Shown: positions 8,850-18,162 of the stretch, piece after piece
Layout of the letters: each line of letters starts with the position of its first letter
Numbering within the stretch: position 1 is the stretch's first letter
IMG/VR virus record: IMGVR_UViG_3300042564_004737
Length of the DNA stretch: 64,000 nucleotides
Reading direction: 5' to 3' (one strand)
DNA from: a virus
Lineage: Duplodnaviria; Heunggongvirae; Uroviricota; Caudoviricetes
Translations under genes and position numbers: made by a program
Notes under the pieces: generated by a model
Database searches by the model: none
Seen by the model: only the letters and a program-made list of their open reading frames with translations
What the model was told of the DNA's origin: nothing

Positions 8850-10123
8850 TTCTTTTTCTCCTCATCATAGTAGGCATGCTGTCCCCAAGGTGGCACAATA
8901 GTTGTGGTACCATGCAAGATCCACACAGTGTCTGCATAGTTCTCATCACCCCAGCTACCGTAAGGGTAACCGTCTGTGAACACCACCAGTCGCTTGGGTT
9001 CAATGTCGTTCTCTTTCAGGTAGTCAAACACACAATCAAAGTCTGTGCCTCCACCGCCCTTGATCTGGTATTCAGTGATGTCTTCTAAATTTTCTGAATT
9101 GTATTGCTGTGGATTGTACACTTCGGTATCAAAACTTGCAACATGGATACGATATGCAGGGAACGATTCCATGATGCCGGCTGTTTCGCTCAGGATGTCT
9201 TTGAGCATGTCCTCACCCATGGAACCCGAAGCGTCAATAAACAGTGCAATATCAATCATGGGATCCAGTTTCATGCCCGGCATCACTGCATCCATGTGCC
9301 AGCCTTTACGGCTTGCTCGCATCCAGGTGTAGTCACTTTTGATAGTGCTCTCCAATTGCATACGCAACAGTTCGCGCCAGTTCATCTGCGGCTCAGTGAG
9401 ATCACGAATAATACGCTGTACACCTGCGGGCAAATTGCCAGCACCATCAGCATCTGCTGCCACAGCAGACAACATGGCTTCTTTGATTTCGTCTTTGATT
9501 TGCCGACGGTCTTCTTCGCTGAGCTTGGGACGACCATTGCCATCTTTGCCGTCGCCATCGCCATCGCCTTCACCATCCAAGTGCTGGTCGATCATTTTGT
9601 CCAGCAATGAACCAATGTCAATCTTGTCTGCGTTTTGGTACAGGATGTCGTACACTTCTTCGGCACTCATGCCTTCGTATTTTTTGTCGTACAGGCAAGG
9701 TACACTGGTAATGAACTCGCCAACATTGTGTTTTTTCAAGTCGCCGTTGACACAGTAGTCGTCAGCAATGTTCCATAACTGTGGATCTCTGTCGCCTCTA
9801 CGGCCGAAGTGATCATATACACAATGCAACACTTCGTGGCCAAACAAGAATTCAACTTCTTTGGGTCGAAGCATTTTGATAAAACGGCTGTTGTAATAGA
9901 AATTACGACCGTCTGTTGCGGCAGTAGGGCACCACTTGTCAGCGTTGACCAGTGTAAGGCGAGTTGCCATGTTGCCAAAGAAACTGGCCTTCAGCAACAG
10001 TCCGACCCGTGCAGTGATCAAAATCTCACGAACTTCACGATCAATTTTAGGGTCAGTTGGGCCAACAAGATCTTTGAACTTGTCGCTGTCTTTGCTGTCT
10101 GCTGTGGTACCTGCTTTGCTCAT
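8846..10123 (-). CDS. VWA-domain protein with N-terminal HExxH metallopeptidase-like region (MoxR-associated, DUF2201/CobT-like)
   Basis: 'HEVLHCVYDHF' zincin-like motif; 'DASGSM' MIDAS-like motif; real start MSKAGTT at 10123 (track start is read-through of promoter, 'CYNIHI'). Confidence 0.6.
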   Translation of the reverse strand: MSKAGTTADSKDSDKFKDLVGPTDPKIDREVREILITARVGLLLKASFFGNMATRLTLVNADKWCPTAATDGRNFYYNSRFIKMLRPKEVEFLFGHEVLHCVYDHFGRRGDRDPQLWNIADDYCVNGDLKKHNVGEFITSVPCLYDKKYEGMSAEEVYDILYQNADKIDIGSLLDKMIDQHLDGEGDGDGDGKDGNGRPKLSEEDRRQIKDEIKEAMLSAVAADADGAGNLPAGVQRIIRDLTEPQMNWRELLRMQLESTIKSDYTWMRASRKGWHMDAVMPGMKLDPMIDIALFIDASGSMGEDMLKDILSETAGIMESFPAYRIHVASFDTEVYNPQQYNSENLEDITEYQIKGGGGTDFDCVFDYLKENDIEPKRLVVFTDGYPYGSWGDENYADTVWILHGTTTIVPPWGQHAYYDEEKKK

Positions 10124-10140
10124 GGTGTTCCTTTGTTGCG

Positions 10141-10160
10141 TTATGTGTATATTATAGCAC
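10141..10160 (-). promoter_or_regulatory. extended -10 promoter (coding strand TGCTATAATATACACATAA)
   Basis: member of repeated motif family; 15-20 nt upstream of RBS/start at 10123. Confidence 0.55.
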
Positions 10161-10221
10161 AAATTGAATTAATGGTCAAACGCTTACAAGCTCAGTTCGG
10201 CTGCACGTTCGCAGGCAGCAT

Positions 10222-10365
10222 TCAGAGAGTTTTGTGCAAGGTACATTTCGTCACGGTACGACGGACTTGACGCTCCTTGTCCGACCAATCGCTTTTCTGT
10301 GCTTCGTGATAAGCAACCAGTTTTTCGGCGTATTGCAGGGCAAGTTCTTGAACGGTGTAAGTCAT
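10222..10365 (-). CDS. hypothetical small protein (47 aa)
   Basis: MTYTVQELALQYAEK...; AAGGAG RBS 6 nt upstream; promoter motif 10386-10404. Confidence 0.4.
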   Translation of the reverse strand: MTYTVQELALQYAEKLVAYHEAQKSDWSDKERQVRRTVTKCTLHKTL

Positions 10366-10385
10366 CTGGGGCTCCTTGTTGCTGT

Positions 10386-10404
10386 CTATGTGTATATTAT
10401 AGCA
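10386..10404 (-). promoter_or_regulatory. extended -10 promoter (TGCTATAATATACACATAG)
   Basis: identical core to 10141-10160. Confidence 0.55.
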
Positions 10405-10452
10405 AATCGGGCATTTTTGGTCAACCAAAAAGTGCAACTCAAAAAGTAATAC

Positions 10453-10743
10453 TCAAATACTACCTAAATTTAAGTACTTTAGTTGGAACCAACTCTGTGC
10501 AGCCTCACTATAAAAGTCCAAGTGAACCTGGTTCTCATAGTGCATTTTGGGTTCATAAGGACTGTCGACTTCGTGTGGTACTAGTCCTTGATGATGTCGA
10601 TATACAAACCCCAGCTCGCGCAGCAGTCGAGTCCTTACTGCCATGCCCATACCAAAGTCTTGTAAAATCTTACTGTAGATTTCTGACCAGTCACTGGGCG
10701 TGTGAAAGATGATTAGATTCTTTTTAACTGTTACTTTGCACAT
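10453..10743 (-). CDS. hypothetical protein
   Basis: 96-aa ORF. Confidence 0.35.
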   Translation of the reverse strand: MCKVTVKKNLIIFHTPSDWSEIYSKILQDFGMGMAVRTRLLRELGFVYRHHQGLVPHEVDSPYEPKMHYENQVHLDFYSEAAQSWFQLKYLNLGSI

Positions 10744-11056
10744 GAGCCAGCTGAAAAAACGCCAGTTCTTCGTTGCCTTTTAAGTAGATGCGATAGTCTT
10801 TGTACACGGTCGAATATGCCCAGTGCAGGTTTATATCTGCATCTTGTAGCACAGCATTACTACGCTTGATCGCAATGCGAGTGTCTACCTCTTGACTCCA
10901 TCCGTATGTGCGATTCATCCAGCGCCTGGCACGGTCAAAATCCAGCACGCCAGTGCAGTGCCAAACAGATTTGGAAAACTCCAACATGTAGTTAAAACTA
11001 GCATGGTGGCTGTGGCGTCGGTCCATATCAGTTACAATGTATTTCATCGTGACCAA
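10724..11056 (-). CDS. hypothetical protein
   Basis: 110-aa ORF. Confidence 0.35.
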   Translation of the reverse strand: MVTMKYIVTDMDRRHSHHASFNYMLEFSKSVWHCTGVLDFDRARRWMNRTYGWSQEVDTRIAIKRSNAVLQDADINLHWAYSTVYKDYRIYLKGNEELAFFQLAHVQSNS

Positions 11057-11370
11057 TTATTCAGCTTGTCATTATACTTTAGTAAAAACCAGTCTAGGTC
11101 TTTTCGCTCTTTTACAAAAAAGCGATGATTTCCGTATTTGGATTCAATTTGATAAATCCAGTTACATAACGGGCGAGGATTCAGGGTTTCAAGTGTTTGA
11201 ATATCAATGCCAGGTCCAAAAGACTGGGTAAAAAAGTCATGCAACTCGGTGAAGTTTTTTCTGCCTTCGTCGTATGAGTTTGGCGAAATAGTAATTCTTT
11301 TGCCCCACAGCCATCCTCCTAGCTTTGCTGGTTTTGAATTACCATGGATATCTTCTAACATTAATCTCAT
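11044..11370 (-). CDS. hypothetical protein
   Basis: 108-aa ORF. Confidence 0.35.
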   Translation of the reverse strand: MRLMLEDIHGNSKPAKLGGWLWGKRITISPNSYDEGRKNFTELHDFFTQSFGPGIDIQTLETLNPRPLCNWIYQIESKYGNHRFFVKERKDLDWFLLKYNDKLNNWSR

Positions 11371-11432
11371 TTGGAATCCTTGTATTGTATAAGCAAAAAG
11401 GGGGCAGTGTTGCCACTGCCCCCACTGCCAAA

Positions 11433-12518
11433 TTAGGCCGAAGCCTGCAGGATGTACTTGCCAAAACGCTGATGGAACTCGTCAAAGTTCTTCAGCTTGG
11501 TGGGCTGGAACGGCAGGTTGTATGTGGTCAGGGCAATACGAGCACCCATCACAGTCAACTCTGTTTCAAAGTTCTTCATCATGTAGCCCAGGAAGTTGTC
11601 GGACATGGCATGGAATTCTTTGTCCGGAATCTTACGAGCCACTGCATCCTTGAGTTCGTAGCACATGGAGATCACCAGGCTGTACATGGCACTGACTTCT
11701 TTGACATCCAGTGTGGTGACTTTGCCGCTCAAGATATCTTCTGGATTGGGCAGTCTAGCACTGATCTTGCGGTGTGCCATGAACTTCACAGCAAGACCTT
11801 CGCCCACAGTGCCTGCAATCAGGTTGGTCAATGTGTCGGCATCGCCGTCATCTTCGCTCAACAGCTCGCTTACAAAAGTCCAGGTACGCGGTGTAGCAAA
11901 AGCTCGTGAGCTGGACTTGGAGTCAAAGTCATACAGGTCCTGTTTGGCAAAGCTCAAATAACCCACCACATCCTTGTGGATGTTGTTTTGCACTGCCCAG
12001 GTCTGGTACGATGCAAAGTCCACTTTCATTTCCTGGTGAATGAAACGATTTGCCAACGGTGTGGGCATACGATAAGTGACACCTTTGTCGCTTTCCCTAT
12101 TGCCTGCGGCCACCAAGACCACATTTTTAGGCAGGCGATACTTGCCAATGCGTCGATTCAGAATAAGTTGATAGGCCGCGGCTTGAACACTGGGTGCGGC
12201 ACTGTTCAGTTCGTCCAAGAACAACACCACAATGGGGTAGTCCCGGGCCATTTCTTCATCGGGCAGTTCAATTGGTGGAGCCCAATCCATCTTGCCCAGT
12301 TCTTTGTTGTAGAACGGAATACCACGAATGTCAGTGGGCTCCATCTGGCCCAGGCGCAGATCGATCATGAGTCCGCCCAGTTCTTCAGTGATGCCTTCTA
12401 CCAATTCGCTTTTGCCAATGCCTGGAGGACCCCACAAGAACAAGGGACGTTTGGCTCGGAATGCTCGTAGCAAACTTTTACGAGCTTGGGTCGAAGTAAC
12501 AGTGCGTGAATCTGACAT
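11433..12518 (-). CDS. MoxR-family AAA+ ATPase (CobS/CbbQ/NorQ-like)
   Basis: Walker A 'LWGPPGIGKS', Walker B 'VVLFLDELN', 361 aa; VWA partner two genes downstream. Confidence 0.75.
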   Translation of the reverse strand: MSDSRTVTSTQARKSLLRAFRAKRPLFLWGPPGIGKSELVEGITEELGGLMIDLRLGQMEPTDIRGIPFYNKELGKMDWAPPIELPDEEMARDYPIVVLFLDELNSAAPSVQAAAYQLILNRRIGKYRLPKNVVLVAAGNRESDKGVTYRMPTPLANRFIHQEMKVDFASYQTWAVQNNIHKDVVGYLSFAKQDLYDFDSKSSSRAFATPRTWTFVSELLSEDDGDADTLTNLIAGTVGEGLAVKFMAHRKISARLPNPEDILSGKVTTLDVKEVSAMYSLVISMCYELKDAVARKIPDKEFHAMSDNFLGYMMKNFETELTVMGARIALTTYNLPFQPTKLKNFDEFHQRFGKYILQASA

Positions 12519-12572
12519 GAAAATCCTTTTAAGTGGTTAATGCGTTTATTATAACAAGAAATGTGTTTGCTG

Positions 12573-12887
12573 TCAATTGGTGTGAACTTTTCGCAACATT
12601 AAAAACAAGTGCTTTTTTTTGCGTGGCAACCATTTTGTTGCAGCCGCGCCACATGTTTTATTCCAAGGACTCCTCATTGTTATGGCACTTTGGAAGTATC
12701 CTTCTTTGGTCAACCCGATCACTGGATCGTAATCGGGTGGTATCCAACTTTCAGGCAGAGTGCAACTGAACTGTCTGGACGCTTTGATCAGACGTGCCAG
12801 CCAATCTACTCGTACATGCTTGCAGTCCTTGCACAGCAATTCCTTGTTGTATTGTTCTTGCCCGTTGCCGGGTAATGCTGATGACAT
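12573..12887 (-). CDS. hypothetical Cys-containing small protein
   Basis: start MSSALPG at 12887; track N-terminus is promoter read-through ('CYNIHI'). Confidence 0.4.
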   Translation of the reverse strand: MSSALPGNGQEQYNKELLCKDCKHVRVDWLARLIKASRQFSCTLPESWIPPDYDPVIGLTKEGYFQSAITMRSPWNKTCGAAATKWLPRKKKHLFLMLRKVHTN

Positions 12888-12908
12888 CAATGACTCCTTT
12901 TGTTGCGG

Positions 12909-12926
12909 TATGTGTATATTGTAGCA
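12909..12926 (-). promoter_or_regulatory. extended -10 promoter variant (TGCTACAATATACACATA)
   Basis: motif family member upstream of 12887 start. Confidence 0.5.
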
Positions 12927-12971
12927 AAAGAGCAAATATCAGTCAACCGCTCAAAAAGTAGTACTAGTGTA

Positions 12972-13583
12972 TTACATGGTAGTTGATATTGATTTGAACC
13001 GTTTGATTGATTCTGATTTGTCCCAAAATCCAATTTGCAATGATTTTCGTGGACCTGTTGTAAACCCTTCAACAGAGTGTAGAGCCTGGGCACATAGCAA
13101 GTGCCAACGGCCGCGTTTCAATCGTGCTCGGCCAACTTCTTTAAGATTGTCATATGAAGTAGGAGCGGCCCATTTCATATCATATGAATCAGGGCCCGAA
13201 GGGTGGGTGTTTCTGATCACCGGATGATTTCCTTCTTGCCAGTATACAGTGTCGACGGCCTGACCGCCCTCGTCTAGTAACCACATCAATGTCCAGTTGC
13301 GACTTTTATCAGTGTGTGGCAGTGCAACGCCGCCCGGTTTTCCATGAAAGCTAATACCAAGATCTGTATAATCCGAACCAATATTTTCTTTAACCCAGTC
13401 ACAGATTTTTTCACTAACAGGATGCCGCCAATAAGTTGTGTTTGGTATAGACACGCCATCTTTACTAGCAGAACGATCAAACGCTCTGCCCAGTAATTCG
13501 TCACGATTGTACGCATCTGCGGTGTCCAGCAATCCGTCGGGTATTGCAGGCAAGGCAGGATAATAAATTAATTGTTCAATCAT
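12972..13583 (-). CDS. possible 2OG-Fe(II) oxygenase-superfamily protein
   Basis: 203 aa; 'LPHTDKS' HxD and downstream His; weak. Confidence 0.3.
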   Translation of the reverse strand: MIEQLIYYPALPAIPDGLLDTADAYNRDELLGRAFDRSASKDGVSIPNTTYWRHPVSEKICDWVKENIGSDYTDLGISFHGKPGGVALPHTDKSRNWTLMWLLDEGGQAVDTVYWQEGNHPVIRNTHPSGPDSYDMKWAAPTSYDNLKEVGRARLKRGRWHLLCAQALHSVEGFTTGPRKSLQIGFWDKSESIKRFKSISTTM

Positions 13584-13599
13584 AGAAGTTTTCCTTATA

Positions 13600-13630
13600 A
13601 AAAATAGGCTGCAACGAGCCTATTTATTTT
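13600..13630. terminator. bidirectional rho-independent terminator
   Basis: aaaaat-aggctgcaacgagcct-atttatttt. Confidence 0.55.
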
Positions 13631-13641
13631 GTGATACAGAA

Positions 13642-14463
13642 TTATTGTCCCAGACCCAGATGCACTGTTGATGGTCTTTTGGCCAGGAATTCTTTGAAAG
13701 CAGTTGATTTTAAAATTTCAGTCAATGCGGACACTGTGTCCTTGGACACTGTGCTCATGCCCCACAGATCTATAGTCACATAGTGATTGGTGTACTTGCT
13801 CGGGGCAAACTGTCCCAGGAATGGCAAACCATAATGATTCTTTGCTGTGGATGCTGCAATACATTTACCGCCGGCACTGACCACAGCTTCAACACCATTG
13901 GCAATGAAGATCATATCAACATCAGTTCCTGCAATCACAGCAGCTCTTGCAGCAGCATTGGCTTCATATGGAATAGTACGAATATTCAGTTTTGGGGAAC
14001 TATTAGCCACAAGATTGGTCCACGGTGGCAGGGTAACAGGTCCAGACGTTATGGCCACTTTATAATTTTGTGTGCCAGTAAGATCTGTCAGGGCAATGTT
14101 TGTTTTTGCAGGCGAAGTACACAGATAGTGTGTTGTGCTGGCCAGATTAGTGACAAATTTAAATGCGGGATAATCTTTTTGTGCTGGGCAAAGACCTGCT
14201 GCATCCTGCATATCTCCGCCACTCATGACAACAAATGAATTTTCTTGAGTTTTTGCCCGGATCAATGCATCATGGCATGACTTGAAAAATTCTTGTTTGA
14301 CTGTGTGGCCCTTGTTCCGAAGACCTTCGATCACCGGCATTGACCATACTTCAGTGCCGCCACCGGGTGGATAATAGTAATTGAAATGATAGGTGTCGGC
14401 CACTGCGGCAGCAGATGCAACAGCAAATGCAATTGCTGTGAAAAACTTAGAAAATTTACTCAT
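13642..14463 (-). CDS. TctC/Bug-family periplasmic solute-binding protein
   Basis: signal peptide MSKFSKFFTAIAFAVASAAAVA; 'YYYPPGGGTEVW' resembles Bug/TctC 'p-GGGtD' motif. Confidence 0.5.
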   Translation of the reverse strand: MSKFSKFFTAIAFAVASAAAVADTYHFNYYYPPGGGTEVWSMPVIEGLRNKGHTVKQEFFKSCHDALIRAKTQENSFVVMSGGDMQDAAGLCPAQKDYPAFKFVTNLASTTHYLCTSPAKTNIALTDLTGTQNYKVAITSGPVTLPPWTNLVANSSPKLNIRTIPYEANAAARAAVIAGTDVDMIFIANGVEAVVSAGGKCIAASTAKNHYGLPFLGQFAPSKYTNHYVTIDLWGMSTVSKDTVSALTEILKSTAFKEFLAKRPSTVHLGLGQ

Positions 14464-14472
14464 AATTTCTCC

Positions 14473-15798
14473 TTAAAAGTTGAATAATACAAATCGGAAA
14501 ATTTCCGATGATACTGACGTTGACAAAAGCATGCCAAATATCAGTGCGACGCGAACAGAAAACTCTTTGACAAAAACCCCAACACATACCGACATGGCAG
14601 TCAACAACAGATACAGACCCAGTTGGTGGTTGGCCATTCCTTCTGAAACACACACTGCCACGCTTACTGCAATCAGGATGGGATAAATTATCTTGTTCAA
14701 CCGAATGTAGAGGGAAATCATACTTTGATAAAACATTCCGGCAACCAACCAATTGACCACATTGACCAGTAACAGTATCACAATCAATGGTCCAGCCAGT
14801 GATGCTATCAAATTGAAACTGTTGTTGATTCCAAATCCGCTGCGTTCGGCCAAGGCCATGATCACTGCTTCGGATGGAATAATAGGCAATGCTAGAAATA
14901 TCAATGGTATCAACACAGTGATGGCAGCTGAATTGTTGGCAGCCTCTGCAGAAACCACTATTCGTTGATTGTTGTTGTTGATCTTTTTTTCCACCACTGC
15001 TGCAACCATTGACGACACAGATGTTCCTATCATAGGCACCAGGCCCATCACAGCACCTATCACGGATCCACGCAGGGATGACAGCACCGGTGGAAATTTT
15101 AATAAATTTGCTAGCCGAGTACGAATACCAAACTCATTCGAATTGATGTCAACACCGGATAAGGTATGCCTTGCATGATGAAATAACTCTGGCAACATTA
15201 GAAATCCAATGAACACCGGTACAAACGGAATGCCACTGGGCAGAAAATCTGCTGCGGATAAAAAATGTTCGCGCCTCAAAACATCGTACCCAATGTGTCC
15301 AATCGTCAGTCCTATAATTGCAAATGTCAGTGCCAGGATCTTTTGTTTGCTGGCCACACTGATCAACACAACAAGCACAGTTAACAATATCAATCTTGGA
15401 GTGTTGTTGATAAAGTACTTCATAAAATCAATGTACTGTGTGGCTGCATAAAAAATCACAACACCCACAACCGATGCTATCAGACTGGATGTGGCCGTGG
15501 CGCTTAGTAGTTCTGCACCACGCCCTTGCCTGAATTCATCATGGCCATACTGCACCGCTGGCACACTGGTGATTTCTCCGGCTATGCCATACACAATAGA
15601 TGGTATGCTGCTGTAGTACTGCACTGAAGACATCATCACTGAATAAAATACAAACAAATCCACCACCGGCAACCCGAGCAAAACAGGATACAAGATCATT
15701 ATTCCTGATGCAGGTCCTACTCCGGGAAATACGCCGATCACAATGCCGCTGGCTATGCCAAGCAGTATGATTGGTAATAGATACAGTAACTCTATCAT
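14473..15798 (-). CDS. TctA-family (DUF112) integral membrane transporter subunit
   Basis: 441 aa polytopic; repeated 'GxxPGxGP' loops (GVFPGVGPASG, GLVPMIGTSVS) characteristic of TctA. Confidence 0.5.
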   Translation of the reverse strand: MIELLYLLPIILLGIASGIVIGVFPGVGPASGIMILYPVLLGLPVVDLFVFYSVMMSSVQYYSSIPSIVYGIAGEITSVPAVQYGHDEFRQGRGAELLSATATSSLIASVVGVVIFYAATQYIDFMKYFINNTPRLILLTVLVVLISVASKQKILALTFAIIGLTIGHIGYDVLRREHFLSAADFLPSGIPFVPVFIGFLMLPELFHHARHTLSGVDINSNEFGIRTRLANLLKFPPVLSSLRGSVIGAVMGLVPMIGTSVSSMVAAVVEKKINNNNQRIVVSAEAANNSAAITVLIPLIFLALPIIPSEAVIMALAERSGFGINNSFNLIASLAGPLIVILLLVNVVNWLVAGMFYQSMISLYIRLNKIIYPILIAVSVAVCVSEGMANHQLGLYLLLTAMSVCVGVFVKEFSVRVALIFGMLLSTSVSSEIFRFVLFNF

Positions 15799-16931
15799 CT
15801 AATTTTGTACTCCCGCGAACTGACTGCATGATATGACTGCACTGATTGTCGATCTGAAGACAACAGCCCCATCCGCACCATGTAAGATTTTAGAGTCTGG
15901 TCCGTTTGCAAAATATGCCAGCCATCGATGTATTTTTTCACAGCCGAAGATTGACGCTGTAGTCCCGACAGCAATGGCAGACTTGTGGAATTTTTTGATA
16001 ATTGGTGCAATACCAGATCAGAGATTTCTTTTGAAAAATCAATTGATTTTACTATACTGTCGTGCTCGGCATTGATCTGTTTTTCCATTTGACTGATCCC
16101 CGGTATCACATCTGGGTCTCGGCCTTGCACTGCACATTTTAAATAGTAATTTTCTGGTTTTTCTAATTCTGCCAAGGTGGTGTTGGTTCGTAAACAATAG
16201 TTCAACATCATGTGACACTGTTTGGCATGCAAGGCTGGCAGGTCAGGAGATATAAAAAAGAACTCTAGGTCGCTGCGGTTCAATGACCCAGAAAATACGC
16301 GGTCTAAAAATCCAAAGTAATAGCCGTCTTTGCGCTGAATCAAATGCGGTTTTTCAAACCCCACAATGGTGCAATAGTTATAACTGTGGTAGGATTGATC
16401 AAAATTGTATTGATGCAGCACAGGCCGGCAGTATTTGATCAACTGATGTCTGAGATTTTTTCCATCGTTTACCATGTAATCTTCCGACGACAGTTGTTGT
16501 TCATATCCAAGAATATCGTCGTGAGTATGAATTGATTTTATATTGATTTTTGTAGTCTTGTCTGGATGATTTTCCAACAGCCAGGTCACTGCTTTTTCTG
16601 GCATCAAATTGTCGACGCCGGATCGTGCGTAACAAATATAGATCTCGTCTATGTGTATGTTGTTGCGTAAAAAAGTGTTGTATATAGTGACCGAGTCAGT
16701 GCCGCCGCTGAACGCCAGTATGAGTTTGTCGTATCTGTTTCTCAGTTGATGTGCTCGTCGGTCACACAGTGTTTGAAAACTTTCTGCTGGTTCTATGGTC
16801 CAATCAATGGCAGAAAACTCATGGTCGTAAAAATCAAATTTTGGAAATGTATGTGGATCGTGTATGGACCCGTGCAGGAACGCCGTGAACGGATTGTCAA
16901 ATCTTATTCCATTGATGTTGTAATAAACCAT
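15795..16931 (-). CDS. PP-loop (adenine nucleotide alpha-hydrolase) ATPase, AsnB/QueC-like
   Basis: 'LILAFSGGTDSVTIYN' SGGxDS PP-loop; 378 aa; promoter motif TGTTATAATATAACAG at 16991-17009. Confidence 0.5.
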   Translation of the reverse strand: MVYYNINGIRFDNPFTAFLHGSIHDPHTFPKFDFYDHEFSAIDWTIEPAESFQTLCDRRAHQLRNRYDKLILAFSGGTDSVTIYNTFLRNNIHIDEIYICYARSGVDNLMPEKAVTWLLENHPDKTTKINIKSIHTHDDILGYEQQLSSEDYMVNDGKNLRHQLIKYCRPVLHQYNFDQSYHSYNYCTIVGFEKPHLIQRKDGYYFGFLDRVFSGSLNRSDLEFFFISPDLPALHAKQCHMMLNYCLRTNTTLAELEKPENYYLKCAVQGRDPDVIPGISQMEKQINAEHDSIVKSIDFSKEISDLVLHQLSKNSTSLPLLSGLQRQSSAVKKYIDGWHILQTDQTLKSYMVRMGLLSSDRQSVQSYHAVSSREYKIR

Positions 16932-17105
16932 TGGCAGTTTTACTGTATTCAGGGAGATTGCTTGTAGAAGAACTCTACTTACGGTAGGCGTTCTGTTATA
17001 TTATAACAGTAAAGACATTGCTATGTCAAGCGTCAATTGGTGATCCGACGTCAACAGATTGTTGGCGTTGCTGATGTTATTTATATCGACTGCACACAAA
17101 CGGCC

Positions 17106-17133
17106 AAAAAAAAAGGCTACCGAAGTAGCCTTT
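17106..17133 (-). terminator. rho-independent terminator (aggctaccgaagtagcct + U-run on minus strand)
   Basis: same hairpin recurs at 25711-25743. Confidence 0.6.
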
Positions 17134-17151
17134 GTGTCCAATCGTGTTGGA

Positions 17152-17991
17152 TTAGAACGAGTGTGATACACGAACACGATATGTGTCAGTGTTGTTGGCA
17201 GCAGTTGTATTGCTGTTAACTTGTGCCACTGCCAATTGAACCGAAGTTCTCTTGCTCAATGCATACTCAGCACCAACTTCTTTGGCAGTGCCATTGCCGT
17301 CGGAATATGCAGCACCCACAGTCACAGCACCCATGGTGTAGGAAGCACCTACCACATAGGAGTCGGCAACATTGAGTTCATTGCGGCTGACACCCGCACC
17401 AACTGTGATGCCTTTTACAGTGGCTTTGGCGCTGGCACGAACACGCTCGGTAGTTTGGTTGTAGTCAACAGCACTGCTGATTGGGCCAACTGTGTAAGTT
17501 GCACCAAATGAGTTTTTGTTTGTGCCGGTGTTGTTGATGGCTCGAGTGTTGCTGACTTTGAATGCAATTCCCGACACTGTGGGTGTTGTATAGCTGACGG
17601 ATTGCACATTGGATTTGGCGCCCAATACGACTCCGTCTTGGCCCATAACTGGTGCATCGCCTAGGCCTAGACCAATGATACCATTGGCGGATTCAACTTG
17701 ACCGACCTTGACTGAACCAACACGAGTTGCAACATCAATATACAGGTCGTTGCCTTCGGTGGCAGTGCCGTTTCCACCAGGTTGAATTTCTGCATAGGCC
17801 TTGACAGTGATGCCATTGCCGATGGATTCCGTAGCAGTGAAGTTGATGTTGCTGGTGTCCATTGGGGACATGGTGGTCGATGAGTTGTCGGCCCGCTTGA
17901 TGTCGTATGCAAGTTTTCCGCCAATTTTGAACTGGGCGTGAGCTGTACCTAATGCAGCCAAAATTGCCACTGCGACTAATGCTTTTTTCAT
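17152..17991 (-). CDS. Gram-negative outer-membrane porin (Neisseria/Burkholderia-type, OmpC-like beta-barrel)
   Basis: signal peptide MKKALVAVAILAALGTAHA; Gly/Thr/Asn/Ser-rich alternating strands; C-terminal '...RVRVSHSF' terminal Phe. Confidence 0.6.
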   Translation of the reverse strand: MKKALVAVAILAALGTAHAQFKIGGKLAYDIKRADNSSTTMSPMDTSNINFTATESIGNGITVKAYAEIQPGGNGTATEGNDLYIDVATRVGSVKVGQVESANGIIGLGLGDAPVMGQDGVVLGAKSNVQSVSYTTPTVSGIAFKVSNTRAINNTGTNKNSFGATYTVGPISSAVDYNQTTERVRASAKATVKGITVGAGVSRNELNVADSYVVGASYTMGAVTVGAAYSDGNGTAKEVGAEYALSKRTSVQLAVAQVNSNTTAANNTDTYRVRVSHSF

Positions 17992-18120
17992 TGTGTATTT
18001 CCTTTGTAAGTATGAACGGGCAGAATTGCCACTCAAGTATTTATTGGTGGTCACTGCAACAACTTAGAAAACAAGCAGTTTACACTGGTTTTCTGGCTAA
18101 ATTGACCGGCAGACACCCAA

Positions 18121-18146
18121 AAGAAAACCCGCCCGGGGCGGGTTTA
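18121..18146 (-). terminator. rho-independent terminator
   Basis: acccgccc-cggg-gcgggt then UUUUCUUUUGGG on minus strand. Confidence 0.6.
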
Positions 18147-18162
18147 GCGAACTGCAACAGTT

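Noticed and set aside
8846-12935. N-terminal extensions 'MCYNIHI...', 'MHFLVDQKCPICYNIHI...', 'MLFCYNIHI...' on three track ORFs
   Set aside because: CYNIHI is the in-frame translation of the promoter TGCTATAATATACACAT; real starts are downstream ATGs with Shine-Dalgarno sequences.
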